A stretch of 64,000 nucleotides of DNA from Botryllus schlosseri (Eukaryota), in assembly GCA_051294905.1 (NCBI GenBank), contig CM119372.1, forward strand, positions 13,082,001 through 13,146,000, written 5' to 3'. The translations under genes were made by a program, and so were the position numbers. Within the stretch, counting starts at the first letter, position 1, and every line of letters begins with the position of its first letter. This document shows, piece by piece, positions 29,921 through 49,510 of the stretch. The notes beneath the pieces were generated by a model. It was not told the origin of the DNA and ran no database searches. It saw nothing but the letters and a program-made list of their open reading frames with translations.

Positions 29921-32084
29921 TTAATACAGTGGATTGTCAAGATTTAAAGCATTGACAGGTTTTGCAGCTAACACTACTGGAATCTCGGAACGTTTTGCCT
30001 GATATATCAGGTGAGCAGCGATGATTCTACAAGTGTAAGTATTATAATAAAAAAATAAAACAGTGTGAGCACAGGACACCGATTCCATACAGGCCTGCTA
30101 ATACATCACCTTCTAGTTGACGGAGACATCCAATCAATATAGCTACAGATATAAAAGAGTCAATGACATATAACGACAGAAATATGGTATATAGTTGTCA
30201 TGATATAATTGACATACAACAAAGGACATTCATTGATAGAGCTACAACACATCGGATCTCAGGAAATTTATAGCGATGATAGGAGATGAATTCATAGCAA
30301 AAGCTAATTTTAAGAATTTGTTTCAACTGTTTCAACAGTCAATCAGTATGTATCCAGATTCTTATGGCAGCATGCGGCAACTATATAAGCAGTTTTCTGT
30401 AAACGGGCGATTAAATTTGTCGGCTAACAAGAAATCTATAGGTGAAAAGCATGAAAATTCCCCTCAATCGTGGTTATTGCAGTTTCAAAGACTTTCGTTA
30501 CAATGTGGGCCTTATATAGCCTATACTAAGCCACTACGTTTAACTCTCTACTAGGCACATACGCATTTGGCATTCGACTTGTATTCTGGGTTGGTTAACA
30601 ACAATATAATATTTTCGCTAACTAGTAGAACAGAGCAGCAGCCTATACAGCACTTTCACTTCATTGCCTAAAATCAAGGATCGGGTAGGTAGATGGTAAA
30701 GTAATTAGTGGACGCCAGAATACCGCAGTAACATCAAAGGTTAAGGATAAACAAAAGGACGATCCGAAATTTACGGAAACTCGCGCCATGTACAGTCCGC
30801 GTAACGGGTACCGCGAGCAAGTCACTAACATACCGCGCAACTCAATTAACGTTACAGAGATGCAGTACACGGACAATGCAATTTCAAGCTCACGATGAGA
30901 GGCCACAATAGTATTCACCGCAGATGTCGACAACCTGACGGAGATGAGTACGCCAAGGCGACGGAACCAATCGATAATTTTTTGGGCCTGACCGGTGTAT
31001 CAGTGACGTCAAAGCAAACACTTGAAGCACCCGTGTGAGAAATGCAGGAAATTTCTTCAAATTACATTTCACTCGTGACAGTAATCACTGAGATAATTCC
31101 ACTGAAATTTTTATAACCAAAGGATGACGCATTGGTAACGTAATATAATGTCCTGGTCTACGGGAAAGCAAATTAATCGTTATAATGATATGCACCACTA
31201 GTGGGAGTATTCATGGTGTTACGTCATCTTATCGAAATCTTGTGATTACGCTAAACTTGTCCTCAACTGACCACTGCAGACGATGAATAGCTACCACTGC
31301 CAAACGAAAATAAAAACTCATTACTAATCGCGGCGAATTTTAAAGACAACTCCAAGCCGTTTCGGCACCTTCCTGTCTTTTGATTGCATCGCAATCTTGT
31401 GGTATATTGATTGGATCATAATTTCATCATCATCATTGGTTTATTTAATAATAAACTGAACTGAACTGAACTGAACCTGAAAAAATATTTTCTGTTGTGA
31501 TGTTCATCGTTATCCATAGCCTTTACCAAGGCTATGTTTATCATCATCAACATCTTTATTGTATTAAAATTCTCATCAAATCAAAACACCACAAGATTGC
31601 AATACAACGAAAAGATAGGAGGGTACCGAATGTCGAAAAACCTTTCGCTTCATACCTATAAAATTATAGTGCCGCATAAAAATTCTACTTATGTCATCCG
31701 CTCAATACACAAAATACAACACTCACGACAAAGCTGGATGTAACGAACAAATCGATGATGTCGAAACGACCAAGTGCGGTCTCCCCCTCGGCCTAATGCC
31801 CGAACAAGCGGTGTTCGAATTCGAACTTGATCTTTCTGTTTTGGATCATTATAGAATCTTTTTCTTCCTCTTTTCATTCCCTTTCCTTGTATTCGTCCTT
31901 TACCTAGTTTTTCTCTATGGGCTTTTTGTGAAGACTCCGTAAGAACCAAGAACAGCGACGCAGTACTGCAGTCCCATTAAAAAAATATGATTTGTGACAT
32001 TATATTAAATCCGACAATCCACCAAGTTATCACGGAGAGAACAACTGCTTTTATCATCTCGTCAATGTCATTTTCAAATGTCAT
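29921..32084 (-). CDS. Putative multi-exon hydrophobic (membrane) protein gene, head-to-head with VPS11
   Basis: Phase-consistent short exons separated by GT-AG introns of 57, 68, 71, 75 and 64 nt. N-terminus MTFENDIDEMIKAVVLSVITCTASLFLVLTESSQ... (exons 32084-32023, 31965-31904, 31835-31727). C-terminus ...FCYEFISYHRYKFPEIRCVVALSMNVLCSILIGCLRQLEGDVLAGLIIAAHLIYQAKRSEIPVVLAAKPVNALNLDNPLY* (exons 30303-30218, 30142-30091, 30026-29921). Middle exons are unresolved, so that both ends belong to one gene is an inference. Confidence 0.55.
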
Positions 32085-32266
32085 GTTCTGGTTTGGTCAT
32101 TTTATTCATTGACGTGGAGAATTTCGTTGGAGCGACTACATTAGCAGCTGAAGTCACTGTTGCTTGCGACTGCAGTTGCAGAGAGTTCGCCTGCGCCAGA
32201 TCGTACGCGATTGTATTTGTAGCGATATTTTGGTAACAGCAAAGCTGCCGCATTGCGGAATTCGAC

Positions 32267-35200
32267 ATGGCGATCGCACAATGGAGAAGATTCAACTTCT
32301 TCACCAAGGAGGTAGTGGAAAGTAATGCCTCAGGTAAAACTTTCGATATGATCAAGGACAAAAATTTTCAATGTTGCACTTGCGGACGCGGATTCTTGAT
32401 TTTTGGTGATGACAATGGCTATATTCACATGGTTGATCACAATTTCCAAGTGAATTCTTGTCAAGCGTATCGAATATCAGTCCAGCATTTGGTTCAGGTT
32501 GTGGAATACAACGTTCTTGCTGCTGTCGGGACGGACGAGGCGGGGGTTAATCCCGTAATTAAAATATATAATCTCGACAAAAAAGATAAGTCCGGAGAGC
32601 TGTTCTGTTGCCGACTACAACCAGCTATTCCTAATAACGAACCAAGTGAAGTGTCGGCATTTTCTGTATCTGGCAATTTGACAATGATGGCTGCGGGCTT
32701 TGCTCAAGGAAGTATTGTGCTTTATAAGGGTGACGTCATGAAAGACCGCCATGGAAACAAAGTCATTGTGCTAGAAACTAAGCAGAAAGGGCCTATTACA
32801 GGTCTTGGATTTCAATATTCTGACCATACCAATCTGTTTGCCACTACACACACTCAAGTGCTGTGTTATTCTGCATGGGAAAAACATCCCACTGTAAAAC
32901 TTCTGGAAGATCAAGGCTGTCCCATGTTCTGCACCACCATGTCCGGCGATGTAATGGATAATCAGTTTCTGATGGCTGCAAGTGATGTTGTGTATGCATA
33001 TCATCCTGACACCAGGGGTACATGCTACGCATTTGATGGAGACAAGGTTCTCGCTCGTTGGTATCATGGATACCTTGTTCTTGTCTACAAGGATAAGACA
33101 CGTGGAGGATCCTCAATCAAAGCACTACGCTCTCCCGCAGAAAAAAATATGCTGACTATATATGACGTGAGTCAGAAAATAATTGCGTACTCCCATGCGT
33201 TGTTAGGAGTCAAAGATGTGTTATATGAGTGGGGTTCTCTATATGTCCTTACTGCAGAAAATGTTCTCGTATGTCTGCAAGAAATTGACATTCACAGTAA
33301 GCTGGAATTGCTATTTAAAAAGAATCATTATTCACTAGCGGTCAGCATGGCAAGAAATCAAAACTTGGGCCATGATAGTCTGATGGAGATATACACTCAG
33401 TATGGAGATCACTTGTATAGTAAAGGAGATTTTGACGACGCCATTTCTCAGTATCAGAAGACGATAGGGCACTTGGAGCCCTCTTATGTTATTCGGAAAT
33501 TCTTGGACGCCCAAAGAATAACCAACCTAACGTCGTATCTGCAAGCACTGCATGAACGTGGTCAAGCAAACGAAGACCATACAACGTTATTGTTGAACTG
33601 CTTCACAAAGCTCAAGGATACTGAAAACCTTGACAAATTCCTGAGTGAAGACACGAATCTGAAATTTGATGTGGAAACCGCAATAAAAGTTTGCCGGCAA
33701 GCCGCTTATTACAAGCAAGCCTTGAAACTTGCAGAATGTCATAAAAAGCATGCCTGGTATCTCAAAATACAGATTGAGAATCTGAAACACTACGGAGAAG
33801 CGTTGGCATATATTCGTCAGTTACCGTATCGTGAAGCTACAGAAAGCGTGAAAAAATATGGGAAACTGCTGTTGAAACAAGTACCCCGGGACACCACTGA
33901 GTTATTGAAACATTTCTGCAAGGGTTATAAACCGACTAATCAGCCTTTTGGGTATGACGAATACGGGGATGGGGATGAATCTACTCATGCCAACGGTGAA
34001 GAGTACATTCACATTTTTGTCAATAATTCCGAAATGCTCATCGAGTTTCTGCAGCACGTTGTCAACCTTGATCACAAATCGTCAGGGTTTGTTTACAACA
34101 CCCTGTTGGAGCTTTACTTGAGCAAAATAGCAGAATCGTCTGACGCAGAAATAAAAAGGACGGTCGAAGATCAGGCGTTGGATTTGTTGAAAGAAATTTC
34201 ATCCTTAGATTACGACACCGATCAAGCGCTCGTCTTGTGTCAAATGCATTGCTTCCGTCCGGGTATATTATTCCTATATGAATCGACTCAGCTGTACCAA
34301 CAAATCCTACGTTATCACATGGATCATGAAGCGTACGGTTTGGTCGTGGAGACATGCAGACGGCATGGATCGAAAGACTCGTCCTTGTGGCAACAGGCAT
34401 TGACATTTTTTGCCCAACAGGAAGATAGCAGGTGCAACGAGCATATAAAACAAGTCCTCGCGCATATCGACCGCAACAATTTACTTCCGCCGTTGCTGGT
34501 GATTCAGATTCTCTCTCGAAATTCCACCGTGACTTTGGAAGTGGTACGGGACTATATATTAAAGAGGCTGGAGAAGGAGCAAGAGGAGATCGATCAGCAT
34601 CAAAACAACATCAAAGAATGCGAAGAGGAAACGGTGAAGATGAAGGCTCAAATTGAAGAACTGAACACCTCTGCCACGATTTTCCAAGTCAATAAATGCT
34701 CGCTATGCAACCATAAATTGGAACTGCCTTCCGTGCACTTCCTGTGTAAGCATTCGTTCCATCAGCACTGTTTCGACAGCTACTCGGATTCCGACAAGGA
34801 ATGTCCCGTCTGTGCTCCCGAGAACCGGAAGATACTCGAGGCTGTCCGCGAGCAGGAGCAAGCGCTCCTGAATAATCAGAATATGTACGATCAGTTCTGT
34901 AAGAGAATTCAACACACCAACGAAGGGTTTTCAGTCATAGCGGAGTACTTTGGGAAAGGAGTGTTCAACAAAGTCGGTCACGCTCCCGAGGCAAAAGTCC
35001 TGACTCGTGCTGTGATGCAGAGCAAAAGCTCGCTCGGTTCTAGGGAACGTGTAGCCAGTAACCCAGTTAAACACGCAGGTGGTAACCCATTTGGGCATGC
35101 AGGCGTTAACCCTTTTGAACATGCAAGCAGTAACCCGTTTGGACATGCAGACGATAATCCGTTTGAACGTGCAGGCAGTAACCCATTTGAAAGTATAGCC

Positions 35201-35335
35201 AGCAACCCGTTCCATTCATCTCCGCAAACTGATGGTAACCCATTCGAGTCTTCGGAATCATCAAACGCCAACCCATTCGAAGGACCGAGTTTAGTTGACG
35301 AACTGAGAATGATGACGCAGTCGAACAGATCGTAA
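32267..35335 (+). CDS. VPS11: Vacuolar protein sorting 11 (HOPS/CORVET core subunit), intronless CDS, 1022 aa
   Basis: Single ORF starting MAIAQWRRFNFF; clathrin-repeat region (YTQYGDHLYSKGDFDDAISQY, YVIRKFLDAQRI); C-terminal RING CSLCNHKLELPSVHFLCKHSFHQHC...CPVC. Confidence 0.97.
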   Translation: MAIAQWRRFNFFTKEVVESNASGKTFDMIKDKNFQCCTCGRGFLIFGDDNGYIHMVDHNFQVNSCQAYRISVQHLVQVVEYNVLAAVGTDEAGVNPVIKIYNLDKKDKSGELFCCRLQPAIPNNEPSEVSAFSVSGNLTMMAAGFAQGSIVLYKGDVMKDRHGNKVIVLETKQKGPITGLGFQYSDHTNLFATTHTQVLCYSAWEKHPTVKLLEDQGCPMFCTTMSGDVMDNQFLMAASDVVYAYHPDTRGTCYAFDGDKVLARWYHGYLVLVYKDKTRGGSSIKALRSPAEKNMLTIYDVSQKIIAYSHALLGVKDVLYEWGSLYVLTAENVLVCLQEIDIHSKLELLFKKNHYSLAVSMARNQNLGHDSLMEIYTQYGDHLYSKGDFDDAISQYQKTIGHLEPSYVIRKFLDAQRITNLTSYLQALHERGQANEDHTTLLLNCFTKLKDTENLDKFLSEDTNLKFDVETAIKVCRQAAYYKQALKLAECHKKHAWYLKIQIENLKHYGEALAYIRQLPYREATESVKKYGKLLLKQVPRDTTELLKHFCKGYKPTNQPFGYDEYGDGDESTHANGEEYIHIFVNNSEMLIEFLQHVVNLDHKSSGFVYNTLLELYLSKIAESSDAEIKRTVEDQALDLLKEISSLDYDTDQALVLCQMHCFRPGILFLYESTQLYQQILRYHMDHEAYGLVVETCRRHGSKDSSLWQQALTFFAQQEDSRCNEHIKQVLAHIDRNNLLPPLLVIQILSRNSTVTLEVVRDYILKRLEKEQEEIDQHQNNIKECEEETVKMKAQIEELNTSATIFQVNKCSLCNHKLELPSVHFLCKHSFHQHCFDSYSDSDKECPVCAPENRKILEAVREQEQALLNNQNMYDQFCKRIQHTNEGFSVIAEYFGKGVFNKVGHAPEAKVLTRAVMQSKSSLGSRERVASNPVKHAGGNPFGHAGVNPFEHASSNPFGHADDNPFERAGSNPFESIASNPFHSSPQTDGNPFESSESSNANPFEGPSLVDELRMMTQSNRS
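35056..35285 (+). repeat. Coding ~24-nt (8-aa) tandem repeat giving 8 NPF motifs at the VPS11 C-terminus
   Basis: GGNPFGHAGVNPFEHASSNPFGHADDNPFERAGSNPFESIASNPFHSSPQTDGNPFESSESSNANPFEG, preceded by a degenerate SNPVKHA unit. Confidence 0.9.
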
Positions 35336-36105
35336 ACAAAATGAGCAAATTTCATATTCTCTGAAAATTTGATTTTGACTCTGGGAATTGATGGTGTTTC
35401 AGTTGAGGTTGGGCGTGCCGAGTCCTGTACCCACGGGGAATGATTAGAATGATTCATACTAAAAACACTCCCTTTACATCAAATACATTTCTACTCTTCA
35501 TCATTGTATAGTAGTTTCTTGATTGCCGCGTAGAAATGAAGCCTTGGATTGCTGGATCTTTATCGCAGTATTAAATTGAAACAAATGCCCAAGGTAACAA
35601 TGTTTCTGGGGTCACTGTCATCTATTTTTAACTGTAAGGCGCTACACTATATTTGACGATTGTGAGAATATTTTTAATATAAGGCTCTATGGCTGAGTTT
35701 TCTACGCAATCGAGTGATTTGGTGTTCCACCTTCAGCAATTGTCTCGACTCGTCATACATACGTGGAGGATACAAAGTTGCGTCCAGCTGCAGTCTCGGG
35801 TTGTAATTTACACCAAGACTATATAATAATGTGTTTGTTTTGATCGCCGATTTTTCCAAATCTGTTCATTCGTGGAAGTGCAATGTATCCCTTTTTCATC
35901 CTAATCAGGATTATAGTGTTCTTTCATATGCTATATTATATCATCTTCTGATATCGGTCAACTAGTCTTCATTATTGTAATGTTGCAGTGCTATCGATTT
36001 TGAGTTCGTAATTCTCTTGTAATGTTGTTTTCACTTCAAGGTGATAACAAAGCAATAGGTTTGACATAAGGTCGTTGATGTGGTTTGACGTTGTTTGTTT
36101 TCAAA

Positions 36106-45943
<9,838 letters not shown>

Positions 45944-47199
45944 AGCGCAGCAGTACCGGTACTGTTCTTTTCCTCATGTTGATAAAGGAGATATGTTGCG
46001 ATATCACTAGATTGCCTCACTGCCACCTAGCATACATCCTTATATTTCACAAACGTTTACGAGTCATACATGACAACATTGTTTCATAAATTATTCCGAA
46101 GGAAAAAATGATGCTGTATATTGTATATATAATGTATATTGAGAAGGTTTGATTGCGTGATGAGCAGCGTGACCCAAAACCTTGTGCGAAAGAAGATGTC
46201 ATTGATATCCAACAAGTGGCGCCATCAAATACTGTAAGAAGTCAAAGGCTTGGCCAAAGTCACTTGCTATTGTTAGCATGCAATTTCGTGGAAAATAACC
46301 GTGCAATTACATATCGATAATGAAAGACTGCTCTGTCCACTTCATATTTTCTTGTAAAAAGTAGATGCCATAAATACATTATCTTGGCAGAATCGACATT
46401 ATCCTACTCTTACGTACTTAATATGGAACGATGAACTGTCATTTTGTCCAGTTGAAGCCCTATGCCGTAACGACGGATTGGGACGTGTGATTTGGAGATA
46501 CTTTTGTATTGCACATACTTTGTATTCATTCCAAGGACGGTAGTCCCACGAACAGATATGTATAATTGTATGTATATAGGCATATGTTTATCGCCTAGCG
46601 CGATTTAACCATGTGGTATTTGCTGGAAAATAAAGACGCTATAATATCGTAACCTGATCCTTGCAATGCTCCTGACGTTTAGTATCTGAAAGCAGCGCCG
46701 TGATGCCAATTAGGTTGCTCCCTCAGTACTGAGCAATGCTCACACGTCTGGCTATGCAATAGGTTCATGTACTGTTTTCTCGCTTGGGCGTGAAAAGCCG
46801 ATTGGTCAGCGCCCACGACCTCCGTAATTCATCTCTATTTCGAAATCGGCATGGCCTACGATATCCAAAGCATGAGTTGACGAAGTTGTATCGGTTTTCA
46901 TTTGTGGCCCTGGCCACGCAAGACAATCTAGTGGTCAGTGGTGGCGCTCTAGAAAGTCCGTGGGTTAAAAGTGACCAGCAAATCTTTTCGATTATCGCGG
47001 CGACAATGAGGGCTTTTTAAATAACTGACAACTACACGCGCTTGATAGGCATATCATACGAAAAACTCTTGAAATATTTACATACGCATCGAATTTTCAA
47101 GCGGAAGAATAGTCTGGATAATATTGTTGGCTTTCATGGGGATTGCAAATGTTCAGATGCATCGGAAGTGTCGGATTTGAACATGGGTATTTGCTCATG

Positions 47200-48393
47200 T
47201 TACGTCGTTGGGATGACACTTAGTACAACTCGGCCTTTCCACTTCTTCAGTATCGTTACCGCGTCCTCGTGGGTGCAACCGTCAAGGCTTTCGCCATTCA
47301 CAGCAATAATCCTATCCCCGCGGTTCAGTCTGCCTTCACTCGCAGCAGCGCCTGACCCATACACGGTCTTTACGAAAATCGGAAGGTCTCCGTGAACTGA
47401 ACCGACACCACCTACAACGCTGAATCCCAAACCCTCCGTGCCTTGGTCGAGTGTGATTTCTGTTCTTCGGGCCGCGTCCGATTTGGTCAGGCTAGCGAAT
47501 GACTTGACAGAAGATGACTCATCAGAGCTATCTTCATCTGCTACTGATGTATCATCAGTTACAGCGATATTTAGTGATGTCGAAATCATCCGATTTACAA
47601 CCACCGAAACGTCTGTGAGATATTCAATCAACTTCACCACATCATCTTCTCCCCTTCTAACTTTCATTAGTAGTATTGAATCGGGAGATGCCACTTTAAT
47701 CATCCAAACCACTTCTTCGTGAGATTTGTTTTCAGTGGATTGTCCATTGATGCTTAGAATTTTATCTCCCACCTTCAATTTCTTTGAGGCCGGCGAATTT
47801 GGCTCCACCATAGCAATGAAAACGGGGACGTTGCCGAGGTGTGAATTGACGCCTCCAGCGATTTTTATTCCCAGGTGTCTCGACTTTTTCTCGATTTCGA
47901 CGAAGCAATCATTCTCGTTACGGTCAAACTCATGATCACCTCTCTGGAATAAATATGACTGCTCCAACTTCAGGCTTTCTCGTTCGATATTTGCAAGTAG
48001 ATTAGCAATTGGGGAACGCTTCCGATCATCAAATGATTCGAAGCGTCGACGTCTTCGCATTTTCAAGTGAACGCGACCGCCCGCAGACCGTAGAATGTCT
48101 GCAACTTCTTGCTGTGAACACTTCGAAACATCAACACCGTTTACCCCGACGATTTGATCTCCTGGTAGGATCGATCCTTCTTTGGCGGCTGTCGTTCCAC
48201 CAGCTATCCCGCTGATATAAACGCCTTTCCCTTGTATCTTTTCTGTAATATTCAATCCCAAGTCCTTATTTTTCTTTCTTTCCAGCGACACATCAAAATT
48301 TAAAAAATTTTCGGTCATCGAAAGCGTTGCCGTGTTGCGACCTAAATCGGTTGAAGCACTTTCGGTACCCGAACCTTTCTGCGCAGCTAACAT
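47200..48393 (-). CDS. Intronless 397-aa protein with 3 PDZ domains, paralog of the last three PDZs of the adjacent MPDZ-like gene
   Basis: GLGL, HLGI and GLGF carboxylate loops; GSVHGDLPIFVK and LGNVPVFIAMV segments shared with the C-terminus of ORF 49511-55339; no stops or frameshifts. Confidence 0.85.
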   Translation of the reverse strand: MLAAQKGSGTESASTDLGRNTATLSMTENFLNFDVSLERKKNKDLGLNITEKIQGKGVYISGIAGGTTAAKEGSILPGDQIVGVNGVDVSKCSQQEVADILRSAGGRVHLKMRRRRRFESFDDRKRSPIANLLANIERESLKLEQSYLFQRGDHEFDRNENDCFVEIEKKSRHLGIKIAGGVNSHLGNVPVFIAMVEPNSPASKKLKVGDKILSINGQSTENKSHEEVVWMIKVASPDSILLMKVRRGEDDVVKLIEYLTDVSVVVNRMISTSLNIAVTDDTSVADEDSSDESSSVKSFASLTKSDAARRTEITLDQGTEGLGFSVVGGVGSVHGDLPIFVKTVYGSGAAASEGRLNRGDRIIAVNGESLDGCTHEDAVTILKKWKGRVVLSVIPTT

Positions 48394-49510
48394 GATTTCT
48401 TTGTGATCGATAAATCCGACGAAATCGCTCTCAGTTCGTTCTACTATCTAATATTCGAAAATGATCTGTCGCCCGCGTGGTGAATTATTAACCTACTGCT
48501 AATACAATGGAATTCTTGAAACGCCTCTCACAAGCTTGTCAGGTTTACACAATGATTCGAAGCGCAGCCTCCATTCACGCTCGAAGGCTTTGACAATATT
48601 TCGTGAGAATTATTGCGGATCTATCGATGACCTGTCACGCATTACAATAAAGAGTGCAGGATACAATATTTCGTCCGGAACGCTAGGTAAGTAGTCGCAT
48701 TGCGGAAACTCATTCAGACACTCAATAATAAAGCAATTCTGGAAGCTCGCGGATAGACCGGTATAATATTACCTCAACTTATACGGCATTTCAGCAACGA
48801 AGGCAGTTGACTAAGCTGTACGAGTGCACGTACGTTAACACTGTACAATTGTATATGTACATTGTACAAGTACACCTACCGCCTACCAATCCACCAACTA
48901 ATTTTCGATAACGCCGATTTTACAATACCCCAAACATACCTACTGAGCATGAGCATTGTGGCTGGCTGTCAAAATGTATTTCTTCAATATCCGGAATATT
49001 GGTCGTCGGCTAATCTTAATAATGATTGATTGGTAATTGGTATCTCAAAGTCAACAACCCTAAACACACCTTTTGCAACCTGTCAACAGTTTAATAGTAA
49101 ATTCCCGAAAACACAATGCAGTGAATTGAAATTATATGAGGCAACATGCAGTAGTTTATATATAAAATTGCGGAGGAAGTGTTTCAACAGAACATGTGTA
49201 ACATTCTCAGGGCTAGATATAGTAGTAAACATGGTCATAACAAGAAATACGTACAATCGCCATTTCCTACATTGGCGATCGATGATGATAAAATACTCTC
49301 AAGAAGGAAAATTAACGTACCATATATGATCGATAGCTACCAAAACATCAATTGATTGTACCACTCGATAAACGTACCATATTAGGCAATAAAAAAATAA
49401 AAACCTTTGTGTCACTACCATATCCAGCGGACACGGCAGACAATTGGCAAGCTCCAGGATTTTCTCAATGAAGACACACAGCAGGTCTAGTTACGCCTCC
49501 TTCGAAGGCT

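Noticed and set aside
31689-32361. ORFs 31689-31949 and 32074-32361
   Set aside because: Better explained as partial or out-of-frame reads of the spliced minus-strand gene and antisense overlap with the VPS11 start.
34978-35457. 159-aa minus ORF with CPNGLL repeats
   Set aside because: Antisense of the VPS11 NPF repeat.
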